In this document: one piece after another, positions 19,597 to 28,847 of the stretch
How positions within the stretch are numbered: the stretch's first letter is position 1
Layout: each line of letters begins with the position of its first letter
Source: Mycobacterium tuberculosis H37Rv
GTDB lineage: Bacteria > Actinomycetota > Actinomycetes > Mycobacteriales > Mycobacteriaceae
DNA: 32,000 nt
NCBI RefSeq assembly: GCF_000195955.2
Contig: NC_000962.3
Span: forward strand, 2,700,001-2,732,000
Direction: 5' to 3'
Position numbers and translations under genes: made by a program
Notes under the pieces: model-generated
The model's input: the letters and a program-made list of their open reading frames with translations, nothing else
Told to the model about the DNA's origin: nothing
Database searches by the model: none

Positions 19597-20643
19597 GTGG
19601 ATAATTTGCCGATCGAATCAGCCGAGTCGACGCGGTTGGCGAAGGCGGCGATGACCCGACGGTTTTACACCCGCTCGGTGGTGAAAGGCGAGATCACGCT
19701 GCCGGCCGTGCCGAGCATGATCGACGAGTACGTGACAATGTGCGCCGGCCTTTTTGCGGGTGTGGGCAGAAAGTTTTCCGACGAAGAACTTGCTCATCTT
19801 CGCGCGGTGCTCCAGGGTCAGCTGGCAGAGGCGTACGCGGCCTCCCAGCGTTCGACCATCGTCATCTCATACAACGCCCCCATGGGCCCGACCTTGCACT
19901 ACCAAGTCCGAGCCCAATGGCGGACGGTGGCGCAGGAATACGAGAACTGGATCGCCACCCGTGAGCCGCCGCTCTTCGGTACCGAACCAGACGCACGTGT
20001 GTGGGCGCTGGCCAACGAAGCAGCCGATCCTACGACGCATCGGGTGCTCGAAATTGGCGCCGGAACCGGGCGTAACGCCCTGGCGTTGGCACGGCGCGGA
20101 CACCCGGTCGACGTGGTGGAGATGACCCCGAAGTTCGCCGACATCATTCGCTCCGACGCCGAACGAGATTCCCTCGACGTGCGCGTCATCATGCGTGACG
20201 TCTTCTCGACCATGGACGACTTGAGGCAGGACTATCAGCTGATGGTGCTCTCCGAGGTGGTGCCGGACTTCCGGACGACGCAGCAGCTGCGCAATCTGTT
20301 CGAACTCGCTGCCCAGTGCCTTGCTCCCGGTGCCCGCTTGGTGTTCAACGCCTTCCTGGCGAACGGAGATTACGCACCCGACCAAGCCGCGCGTGAGTTC
20401 GGGCAGCAGATGTATACCGGGATGTGCACGCGGGCCGAGATGTCTGCTGCAGCGGCCGGCCTTCCTCTCGAACTCGTCGCCGACGACTCGGTATACGACT
20501 ACGAGAAAACGCACCTGCCACCGGGCGCCTGGCCGCCCACCAGTTGGTACGCCGACTGGATCCGTGGCCTCGACGTGTTCACCACCAACGTTGAGAGCTG
20601 CCCGATCGAGATGCGCTGGTTGGTGTTCCAGAGGAGGCGGTGA
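19597..20643 (+). CDS. Class I SAM-dependent methyltransferase domain protein
   Basis: HRVLEIGAGTGRNALALARRGHPVDVVEMTPKFADIIR...VRVIMRDVFSTMDDLRQDYQLMVLSEVVPDFRTTQQLRNLFELAAQCLAPGARLVFNAF has motif I and post-I. Matches Rv2423. Confidence 0.85.
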   Translation: MDNLPIESAESTRLAKAAMTRRFYTRSVVKGEITLPAVPSMIDEYVTMCAGLFAGVGRKFSDEELAHLRAVLQGQLAEAYAASQRSTIVISYNAPMGPTLHYQVRAQWRTVAQEYENWIATREPPLFGTEPDARVWALANEAADPTTHRVLEIGAGTGRNALALARRGHPVDVVEMTPKFADIIRSDAERDSLDVRVIMRDVFSTMDDLRQDYQLMVLSEVVPDFRTTQQLRNLFELAAQCLAPGARLVFNAFLANGDYAPDQAAREFGQQMYTGMCTRAEMSAAAAGLPLELVADDSVYDYEKTHLPPGAWPPTSWYADWIRGLDVFTTNVESCPIEMRWLVFQRRR

Positions 20644-20775
20644 GCAGTCGCAAAAGCCCCCGAAACCGGTCGGATTTGGGGGCTGGTACGTGAATTAGGG
20701 TGACCACGGCAAGCGTGACCCGCCGGCGACTGCAGCGAAGCCGGGTCTGTTGGTGACAGTGTGTATGTCGGGGTT

Positions 20776-21800
20776 TCAGGCGGCAGGTTCGAGGGTGACC
20801 CCCAATCCTTGGGCTTCGAGTTTGGCGACGAGGCGACGTCGTTCTTTGTCGGGATCCATGCGGGTGGTGAAGTAGTCGGCGCCGAGATCCTGGTGAGGCC
20901 GGCCGGTGGCCAGCACGTGCCAAATGATGACGATCAGCTTGTGGGCGACGGTGGTGATCGCCTTCTTGTTGGCAGCGGGACTGCGGAAGCCACCGAACTT
21001 GCGGACCTGGCGACGGTAGTACTCGCGCAGGTAGCCATCGGTGCGCACGGCGGCCCACGCGCACTCGACCAGGACCGGCTGCAGGTGCTGGTTGCCTGTG
21101 CGGCGGGCACCGTGATGGCGTTTGCCGGCCGATTCGTGGTTGCCCGGGCACAGCCGCACCCACGAGGCCAGATGCTCAGCCGAGGGGAACCAGGCCGCCG
21201 GGTCGGCGCCGATTTCAGAGATGACCGTCGCCGAGGCACCCACCCCGATCCCCGGGATCGATGCAATCAGCTCGCGTCGGGCACAAAAGGGATGCATCAG
21301 CTGCTCGATCTGCTCGTCGAGAGCACCGATCATCGCATCGAGCTGATCCAGATGAGCCAGGTGCAACCTACACATCAGGGCATGGTGATCATCGAAGCGC
21401 CCTTCCAGCGCCCGCTGCAGATCGGGGATCTTCGAGCGCATACTGCCGCGCGCCAGATCAGCCAGCACCGCCGGGCGGCGTTCACCGTCGATGAGCGCCT
21501 CCACCATCGCCCGCACCGACTTGGGGGTGACCGAGGACGCCACGCTGTCGGCCTTGATCCCCGCGTCTTGAAGCACATTGCCCAGGCGCTGCAGCTTCGA
21601 GGTGCGATGCTCGACCAGCTTGCGGCGGTAGCGGATCACGTCGCGGGCGGCCTTGATGTCGGCGGGCGGAATCAACCAACCCCGCAGCAGACCGCATTCC
21701 AGCAGGTGCACCAACCACTCGGCATCCAAGAGGTCGGTTTTGCGGCCCGGCCGTTCTTCACGTGCCCGGCATTGCACACCAGCAGCTCACTCGCCGTGGG
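20776..21800 (-). mobile_element. IS110-family (IS1558-like) transposase, N-terminally truncated and frameshifted
   Basis: ORF 20776-21777: RPGRKTDLLDAEWLVHLLECGLLR...LIASIPGIGVGASATVISEIGADPAAWFPSAEHLASWVRLCPGNHESAGKR... is IS110 DEDD plus Tnp_20. The N-terminal catalytic segment is missing; VCNAGHVKN lies in another frame just upstream. Matches Rv2424c. Confidence 0.9.
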
Positions 21801-21865
21801 CCAACAACGCGTGATAAGCGGGCGCACCAGCGCCCATCATGTTCTTTTACGACTGCCCGCCCGGC

Positions 21866-23308
21866 CTACACCGGCAGTAGCTGGTCGATCACCGTGGCCA
21901 GCTGCTTGGCGGATCGGCATTCGTGCATCGTGATCACCTCTTGGTAGCGCGGCACCGCCGAGTCACCGCTGCCCCACAGATGCTTGGGCTCCGGGTTGAG
22001 CCAGTGCGCGTGCCGGCTGGCGGTCACCATGTCGGCCAGCACGTCGGTGGCCGGGTTGCGGTAGTTGGTGCGCCCGTCACCAAGCACCAGCAGCGAGCTG
22101 CGCGGCGACAGCACATTTGGGAAGCCCTGCATGAACGAGACGAACGCGTTGCCGTAGTCGGAATGGCCGTCGCGGGCATACACACCAGCCTCCCGGGTGA
22201 TCCGCTGGATCGCTATGGCCAGGTCCGATTCCGGCCCGAACATATGGGTCACCTCGTCGGTGGAGTCGATGAAGGCGAAGACGCGAACCCGGGAGAACTG
22301 TTGGCGCAGCGCGTGTACCAGCAGCAGCGTGAAGTGGCTGAAGCCCGCGACCGAGCCCGACACGTCGCACAACACGACGAGTTCCGGGCGCGCCGGGCGG
22401 GGTTTGTGCAACACCAGGTCGATCGGCACGCCGCCGGTGGACATCGACTTGCGCAGCGTCTTGCGCAGATCGATCGATCCCGCGCGGGCGCGGCGCCGCC
22501 GGGCGGCCAACCGGGTCGCCAGGGTGCGGGCCAACGGGGCCACCACCCGGCGCATCTGGCGCAGCTGCTCACCCGAGGCACGCAGAAACTCGACGTTCTC
22601 GGAAAGCTGTGGAATTCCGTACATCTGGACGTGCTCGCGGCCGAGTTGCTCGGCTGTGCGCCGCTTGGTCTCGGCGTCGACCATTCTGCGCAGCTGCGCG
22701 ATCTTTTGTGCGGCAAGCGCTTTGGCAATCTGTTCCTGGGTGGCTGTGGGCTCATCGCCGTAGGGAGCAAGCAGGCCCGCCAGTAGCTTGCCCTCCAGTT
22801 CGTCCAGCGCCATGGCCTTGAGTGCCTGATACGACGAGAACGACGGACCGCGGCTGGAACTGTACTTGCCATAGGCCTCAACGATCCGCGCGATCATCTC
22901 CACCAACCGCTCGTCCTTGCCGGCCAGGTCTTGGTTGTTGGCCAGCAGATCCAGCAGCAGCTGCCGCATAGCCTCGACATCATCGGGCGGCAAACCCCCG
23001 GAGCCTGCCGACTCGTCTTCCGTGGTGATGACCGCCCGAGCCCCCAGTGCCGCGGGAAACCACAGGTCGAACATGGCGTCATAGGTATCGCGGTGGTCAG
23101 GCCGGCGCAGCACCGCACAAGCAATGCCCTCCCGCAACACCTCACGATCACCCAGCCCGAGGGTGGCCATCACCCGGCCGGCATCCACCGTCTCTGACGG
23201 GCCCACCGAAATCCCGCTGCCACGCAGCGCTTCCACAAAGCCCACCAAGTGTCCGGGCAGCCCATGCGGGGCGAGTGGCCGGGCAGCACGAATACGACGG
23301 GCGGCCAC
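21866..23308 (-). CDS. VWA / CoxE-like protein partner of MoxR ATPase
   Basis: LVVLCDVSGSVAGFSHFTLLLVHALRQQFSRVRVFAFIDSTDEVTHMFG...SDYGNAFVSFMQGF...LLVLGDGRTNYRNP has the MIDAS DxSGS. Overlaps the moxR stop by 1 nt. Matches Rv2425c. Confidence 0.92.
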   Translation of the reverse strand: MAARRIRAARPLAPHGLPGHLVGFVEALRGSGISVGPSETVDAGRVMATLGLGDREVLREGIACAVLRRPDHRDTYDAMFDLWFPAALGARAVITTEDESAGSGGLPPDDVEAMRQLLLDLLANNQDLAGKDERLVEMIARIVEAYGKYSSSRGPSFSSYQALKAMALDELEGKLLAGLLAPYGDEPTATQEQIAKALAAQKIAQLRRMVDAETKRRTAEQLGREHVQMYGIPQLSENVEFLRASGEQLRQMRRVVAPLARTLATRLAARRRRARAGSIDLRKTLRKSMSTGGVPIDLVLHKPRPARPELVVLCDVSGSVAGFSHFTLLLVHALRQQFSRVRVFAFIDSTDEVTHMFGPESDLAIAIQRITREAGVYARDGHSDYGNAFVSFMQGFPNVLSPRSSLLVLGDGRTNYRNPATDVLADMVTASRHAHWLNPEPKHLWGSGDSAVPRYQEVITMHECRSAKQLATVIDQLLPV

Positions 23309-24183
23309 TAGTTCAACCTGAGCTCTCCGGTGGCCCGTTGCTGGTCGGATTGGTGCTTGAGAACCACGCCGAGCGTGGCGGCAACGACCGCATCGTCGAT
23401 GGTGTCCAGTCCCAGTGCCAAGACGGTGCGACCCCAGTCGATGGTCTCGGCGATCGATGGCACCTTCTTAAGCTGCATGCCGCGCAGCACGCCGATGATG
23501 CGCACTAACTCCTCGGCGAAGTGCTCGGGCAGCTCGGGAACTCGGGATAACAGGATGCGACGCTCCAGCTCGGGGGTCGGGAAGTCGATGTGCAAGTACA
23601 GGCAGCGACGCTTGAGCGCCTCGGACAGCTCACGGGTGGCGTTGGAGGTCAGCAGCACGAACGGCGCCCGGGTGGCGGTCAGGGTGCCCAGTTCGGGGAC
23701 GGTCACCGCGAAGTCGGACAGCACCTCCAGCAGCAGGCCCTCGATCTCGATGTCGGCCTTGTCGGTTTCATCGATCAGCAGCACGGTGGGCTCGGTGCGC
23801 CGGATAGCGGTCAGCAGCGGACGCTGCAGCAGGAACTCTTCGCTGAACACATCGGTTTTGGTGGCCTCCCAATCTCCCGAGCCGGCCTGGATACGCAGGA
23901 TCTGCTTAGCGTGGTTCCACTCATACAGGGCGCGAGCCTCGTCGACGCCCTCGTAGCACTGCAGCCGGACCAGACCGGATCCAGTGGCCTGCGCCACGGC
24001 GCGCGCCAGCTCGGTCTTGCCGACCCCGGCGGGGCCTTCCACCAGCAGCGGCTTGCCGAGCCGGTCGGCGAGAAAGACCGCCGTCGCGGTGGCAGTGTCG
24101 GGCAGGTAGCCGGTCTCGGCCAGCCGCCGCGAGACGTCGGCGATGTCGGCGAACAGCGGCGTGGGCCGGGCGGGCACGGTCAC
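23308..24183 (-). CDS. MoxR-type AAA+ ATPase
   Basis: KPLLVEGPAGVGKTELARAVAQATG (Walker A), TEPTVLLIDETDKADIEIEGLLLEVLSDF (Walker B), APFVLLTSNATRELSEALKRRC. Matches Rv2426c. Confidence 0.95.
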   Translation of the reverse strand: MTVPARPTPLFADIADVSRRLAETGYLPDTATATAVFLADRLGKPLLVEGPAGVGKTELARAVAQATGSGLVRLQCYEGVDEARALYEWNHAKQILRIQAGSGDWEATKTDVFSEEFLLQRPLLTAIRRTEPTVLLIDETDKADIEIEGLLLEVLSDFAVTVPELGTLTATRAPFVLLTSNATRELSEALKRRCLYLHIDFPTPELERRILLSRVPELPEHFAEELVRIIGVLRGMQLKKVPSIAETIDWGRTVLALGLDTIDDAVVAATLGVVLKHQSDQQRATGELRLN

Positions 24184-24220
24184 GATCGGGTCTCCTCTAG
24201 CACGATCGGGTCTCCTCTAG
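24181..24220 (-). repeat. Perfect 20-bp tandem duplication spanning the moxR Shine-Dalgarno and start codon
   Basis: cacgatcgggtctcctctag repeated exactly twice (24181-24200, 24201-24220). On the minus strand: ctagaggagacccgatcgtg x 2. Confidence 0.98.
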
Positions 24221-24229
24221 CCAACGGCG

Positions 24230-25477
24230 TCAGGCCGGACGGGTGTGGCCGGCTCCCCATGCGATCCACTTGGTCGACGTCAATTCCGGTAGTCCCATCG
24301 GTCCGCGGGCATGCAGTTTCTGGGTGGAGATGCCGATCTCGGCGCCGAAGCCGAATTGCTCGCCGTCGGTGAACGCCGTTGATGCGTTCACCATCACCGC
24401 GGCCGCATCGATCTGTTCGGTAAAGCGTTGGGCCGCATCAAGATTGGTGGTCACAATCGCTTCTGTGTGCCCGGTGCCGTATTCGTTGATATGGGCGATG
24501 GCAGCGTCGACACCGTCGACCACCGCCACCGCGATGTCCAGCGACAGGTATTCGCGGCGCAGGTCGGCCTCGTCCGGGTCGAGATGTACGGTGACACCGG
24601 CGTGCTGCAGGGCGGCCAGCAATCGAGGCAACGCCGTTTCGGCGATCGCTGCGTCGACCAGCAGCGTCTCGGCGGCGTTGCAGACGCTGGGCCGCCGCGT
24701 CTTGGAGTTCAGCAAGATACGCTCGGCCACGTCCAGGTCGGCCGCTTGGTGCACGTAGACATGGCAGTTCCCGACGCCGGTCTCGATGGTGGGCACCTGG
24801 GCATCGCGTACGACCGCCTCGATCAGGCCCGCTCCCCCGCGTGGAATCACCACATCGACCAGGCCGCGGGCCTGAATCAGGTGAGTGACGGTGGCGCGGT
24901 CGGCAGCCGACAGCAGCTGGACCGCGTCGGCCGGCAGCTCCAGGCCGACCAGCGCGGTGCGTAACACCGCCACCAGGGCCTCGTTGGACTTTGCGGCCGA
25001 CGAGCTGCCGCGCAGCAATGCAGCGTTACCCGACTTGAGTGTCAGCCCGAAGGCATCCACGGTGACATTGGGGCGGCCCTCGTAGATCATGCCGACCACG
25101 CCCAGGGGGACGCGCTGCTGGCGCAGCTGCAGCCCGTTGGGCAGGGTATAGCCACGCAGCACTTCACCGACCGGATCGCGCAGTCCCGCGACTTGCCGCA
25201 ACCCGGCGGCGATACCGTCGACTCGTTGCGGGTTCAAGGACAACCGGTCCAGCATGGCGGCCGGGGTGTCCGCCTCGCGCGCCGCGTTCAGGTCTTCGGC
25301 GTTGGCCGCCAGGATCTGGTCGCGGTGAGCCAGTAGCTCGTCGGCAGCCGCGTGCAGCGCGCGGTCTTTGACAGTCGTCGGCAGCGATGCCAGCCGGCGG
25401 GCGGCCACCCGGGCGCGGCGTGCGGCGTCGTGCACCTCTTGACGCAAGTCGAGCTGCGACGGTGCTGGCACGGTCAT
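24230..25477 (-). CDS. proA: Gamma-glutamyl phosphate reductase
   Basis: ...[33 protein letters not shown]-like ...[37 protein letters not shown]..., [30 protein letters not shown]...[36 protein letters not shown]. Confidence 0.97.
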   Translation of the reverse strand: MTVPAPSQLDLRQEVHDAARRARVAARRLASLPTTVKDRALHAAADELLAHRDQILAANAEDLNAAREADTPAAMLDRLSLNPQRVDGIAAGLRQVAGLRDPVGEVLRGYTLPNGLQLRQQRVPLGVVGMIYEGRPNVTVDAFGLTLKSGNAALLRGSSSAAKSNEALVAVLRTALVGLELPADAVQLLSAADRATVTHLIQARGLVDVVIPRGGAGLIEAVVRDAQVPTIETGVGNCHVYVHQAADLDVAERILLNSKTRRPSVCNAAETLLVDAAIAETALPRLLAALQHAGVTVHLDPDEADLRREYLSLDIAVAVVDGVDAAIAHINEYGTGHTEAIVTTNLDAAQRFTEQIDAAAVMVNASTAFTDGEQFGFGAEIGISTQKLHARGPMGLPELTSTKWIAWGAGHTRPA

Positions 25478-25559
25478 TGCCCCAGGGTAACGGGCTTGCG
25501 CTGGCCAGGTAAGACGACCCGCTCCGGACGGGCCGCGCAGCGATCCGGCTGGGTGGTTG

Positions 25560-26087
25560 CTATGCGATCAGGCGTACTTGACGGTCGCCCCTGATCAGCT
25601 TGCCGATAATCCCGGCAAGACGCTGGTAGGACTTCTCGCGGCCGCCGAAAGAGCTAAACACCAAACCGATTCGTCGCGCCGGGCAGGGGCGACGAATCGG
25701 GCGAGTTCCAGCCGGCTTCGCGTGGTCTCGACGGCGGCCGCGGTCTGCGGAATCAGTGTCACCCCCAGCCCGCCGGTCACGCACTGCACGACGGTGGCCA
25801 GCCACACCGCCCGGGTGTTGGGCAGCATCGAGCGTCTGGTCGCGTAGGCAGTGCCCCTCATGCAGTCACAACAAAGTCAGCTCTGACAGCGCGGTCAGCG
25901 GCACCCGCTGCTTGCCGGAAAGACATGCCCTGGGGGTGCACCGAGACCGGCTTCCGACCACCGCTCGCCGCAACGTCGACTGGCTCATATCGAGAATGCT
26001 TGCGGCACTGCTGAACCACTGCTTTGCCGCCACCGCGGCGAACGCGCGAAGCCCGGCCACGGCCGGCTAGCACCTCTTGGCGGCGAT
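25560..26087 (-). pseudogene. oxyR': Decayed OxyR (LysR-family) regulator
   Basis: OxyR fragments in different frames on the minus strand: VAGLRAFAAVAAKQWFSSAASILDMSQSTL (HTH, 5' side); [37 protein letters not shown]; then [39 protein letters not shown] (C-terminus). Total about 0.5 kb versus about 0.93 kb for an intact gene. 5' boundary approximate. Confidence 0.95.
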
Positions 26088-26192
26088 GCCGATAAATATG
26101 GTGTGATATATCACCTTTGCCTGACAGCGACTTCACGGCACGATGGAATGTCGCAACCAAATGCATTGTCCGCTTTGATGATGAGGAGAGTC
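26088..26192 (+). promoter_or_regulatory. ahpC: ahpC promoter / ancestral OxyR-binding region with perfect palindrome gtgatatatcac (26103-26114) and SD gaggag
   Basis: Intergenic region between divergent oxyR' and ahpC. The 12-bp palindrome is exact and gatgaggagagtc precedes ATG 26193. Confidence 0.75.
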
Positions 26193-26780
26193 ATGCCACT
26201 GCTAACCATTGGCGATCAATTCCCCGCCTACCAGCTCACCGCTCTCATCGGCGGTGACCTGTCCAAGGTCGACGCCAAGCAGCCCGGCGACTACTTCACC
26301 ACTATCACCAGTGACGAACACCCAGGCAAGTGGCGGGTGGTGTTCTTTTGGCCGAAAGACTTCACGTTCGTGTGCCCTACCGAGATCGCGGCGTTCAGCA
26401 AGCTCAATGACGAGTTCGAGGACCGCGACGCCCAGATCCTGGGGGTTTCGATTGACAGCGAATTCGCGCATTTCCAGTGGCGTGCACAGCACAACGACCT
26501 CAAAACGTTACCCTTCCCGATGCTCTCCGACATCAAGCGCGAACTCAGCCAAGCCGCAGGTGTCCTCAACGCCGACGGTGTGGCCGACCGCGTGACCTTT
26601 ATCGTCGACCCCAACAACGAGATCCAGTTCGTCTCGGCCACCGCCGGTTCGGTGGGACGCAACGTCGATGAGGTACTGCGAGTGCTCGACGCCCTCCAGT
26701 CCGACGAGCTGTGCGCATGCAACTGGCGCAAGGGCGACCCGACGCTAGACGCTGGCGAACTCCTCAAGGCTTCGGCCTAA
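26193..26780 (+). CDS. ahpC: Alkyl hydroperoxide reductase C (peroxiredoxin)
   Basis: [21 protein letters not shown]...[41 protein letters not shown], peroxidatic Cys in FTFVCPTE. Confidence 0.99.
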
Positions 26781-26805
26781 CCGGGATCTGGTTGGCCGGG
26801 AATCA

Positions 26806-27339
26806 ATGAGTATAGAAAAGCTCAAGGCCGCGCTCCCCGAGTACGCCAAAGACATCAAGCTGAACCTGAGCTCAATCACCCGCAGCAGCGTGCTCGACCA
26901 GGAACAACTATGGGGAACCCTGCTGGCCAGCGCCGCAGCGACACGAAATCCGCAGGTATTAGCTGACATTGGCGCTGAAGCGACCGACCATCTGTCGGCT
27001 GCAGCCCGCCACGCAGCCCTCGGAGCCGCGGCCATCATGGGCATGAATAACGTGTTCTACCGTGGCCGCGGCTTCCTTGAAGGCCGGTACGACGACCTGC
27101 GCCCCGGACTGCGGATGAACATCATCGCCAATCCGGGCATACCGAAAGCCAACTTCGAGCTCTGGTCCTTCGCAGTGTCCGCGATCAACGGGTGCTCGCA
27201 TTGCCTCGTCGCCCACGAGCACACGCTGCGTACGGTAGGTGTGGACCGAGAGGCGATCTTTGAAGCGCTGAAAGCCGCAGCAATCGTTTCAGGCGTTGCA
27301 CAAGCGCTGGCCACAATCGAGGCACTAAGCCCAAGCTAA
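26806..27339 (+). CDS. ahpD: Alkylhydroperoxidase AhpD
   Basis: [24 protein letters not shown]...[25 protein letters not shown] with the CxxC of the AhpD fold. Confidence 0.99.
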
Positions 27340-27920
27340 GTGTCTGTACGCGATGACGCCGTGCTGGGTGACACCGGTGCGACCAACACGGTACTGTGGG
27401 CGATCGGCGGCGGCGCCTTCCACGGAGTCAACTTCGACAACGCATCCGACACCCGAAGCCTGTAGTCCCTCATCACCTCTCCGTCCTCGTCCCAGAAGTC
27501 GTCATATTCTTGGTCGAGGTCGGCGATCTGCGCAGTGAATTGCCCAAGCGCGTTGTTGTCGATCAGAATCTGCCTCTCAGCACGGTTGTTGTAGATCTGC
27601 GCCAGGGGCACCATATCGTGATGTGCCCATTCATAGGCCCGCACGATCTCGTGGATCTGCCTCTCGACCTCAGACAGCTGCACACAGAGGTCGGTCAGCC
27701 ACCTGACAAACGGCTTGGCTGCCTCCATCAACTGCATCACCACTGGACCCGCCCAGGCGTCCATCAGAGACAGCAGCGTTCGGTTGAACGACCTCTGCAC
27801 GGCCGTCATTTCCACATCCAACGACCTCCACGCCCTGGCGGCAGCCAACATCGAGTCAGGACCGGGGCCGGCATATATGTTGGCGGAGTTGACCTCCGGT
27901 GGGTACGCTTCGAAATGCAT
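27336..27920 (-). CDS. PPE41: PPE family protein PPE41
   Basis: [38 protein letters not shown]... (PPE motif). Short PPE directly downstream of a PE gene. Confidence 0.96.
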
Positions 27921-27966
27921 CTGTTTGTTCGTTGTTCCGTCGGCTCGTGACGACTGTAGTGACTCG

Positions 27967-28266
27967 TTAACTAAAGGTCTTGATGTTGTCGGCCTCGGCG
28001 GTCGCATACTTATCGGCGCCAGTGGTCAAGGCGTGCGCAAACTCCTCAAGAACCACCGCCGCCGCAGCGATGGTCTGCCGATACTTCCTTGCGTACTCGA
28101 CCAGGAACGTCGCCGCCTTCTCCGACACCAGATCCGCAGCCGGAGGCCGCACAGCGGTTGTCATCGGGGCCACCTGAGCATCGCTTTGGATCGCACGATC
28201 GCGAATCCGTCGTACCTCCGTGGCCGCCACGGTCAACGCCTCGGGATTTGTGATCACAAAAGACAT
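27967..28266 (-). CDS. PE25: PE family protein PE25
   Basis: MSFVITNPEALTVAATEVRRIRDRAIQSD...FLVEYARKYRQTIAAAAVVLEEFAHALTTGADKYATAEADNIKTFS; ESX export motif YxxxE (YATAE). Confidence 0.97.
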   Translation of the reverse strand: MSFVITNPEALTVAATEVRRIRDRAIQSDAQVAPMTTAVRPPAADLVSEKAATFLVEYARKYRQTIAAAAVVLEEFAHALTTGADKYATAEADNIKTFS

Positions 28267-28436
28267 GCCGACTCCACTCCGCGATTAACGAACCCCCGGC
28301 ACTGCACCGGGCTGATCAACCACCGGTTGTTTGCGCTGCGACTGCCCACGTTGAGAAAACGCAACGACTTCACTGGCATAATTATCCAACAGACGAAGGG
28401 ATCAATTCCGGGTAAGCCGCTGCAAATCAAGCCGAC

Positions 28437-28847
28437 TCAAGGCACACAACGCCACCCGACGATACCCCCCATGCTGACGTTCAAAGCAGTAGGGATGTAG
28501 CTTACCATGCCCCAATGGCCGTCGGAGGCCAGCCACCAGCGCACATGCCTGCACGGTGCACCTAATCGGTGCCGGCTTCCAGCGGCCGGCAGTTGACCCG
28601 CGATGACAGACACGCCCAGGCTCGTTGAGGCCGATCGCGTTCTCACACAGCGCATTACGGCTCGTGACAGATGAGGGAGTAGAGCGGGTCGGCAAGGGAA
28701 ACCCATCATGGCGCCGGGCTCCGCCCCGGGTTGGGCCAGTGCGATGGCTGCGACGTCGTGGAAAAGCGCGGTGGGGTGCTCGGGCATGACGGATGGGCAC
28801 TCATCACATCCTCCTGCTCCACGGCAGTGTTCGGCTCGCACCGTCAT
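28437..28847 (-). CDS. Hypothetical protein (136 aa)
   Basis: Open frame whose start overlaps the upstream gene's stop by 4 nt. No recognisable domain. Matches remembered Rv2432c. Confidence 0.5.
   Translation of the reverse strand: MTVRAEHCRGAGGCDECPSVMPEHPTALFHDVAAIALAQPGAEPGAMMGFPCRPALLPHLSRAVMRCVRTRSASTSLGVSVIAGQLPAAGSRHRLGAPCRHVRWWLASDGHWGMVSYIPTALNVSMGGIVGWRCVP

Noticed and set aside
20761-21933. 390-aa + strand ORF opposite the IS110 transposase
   Set aside because: Exactly mirrors the transposase coding region. His/Gly/Val-rich product without motifs; frame open only because of codon bias on the other strand.
21923-23956. Large + strand ORFs (287 aa, 208 aa) opposite the VWA and MoxR genes
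   Set aside because: Shadow ORFs of strongly conserved minus-strand proteins.
26103-26192. Upstream ATG giving a 225-aa AhpC (ORF 26103-26780)
   Set aside because: The first 30 codons (IYHLCLTATSRHDGMSQPN...) cover the regulatory region. ATG 26193 has a good SD and matches the conserved peroxiredoxin N-terminus [11 protein letters not shown].
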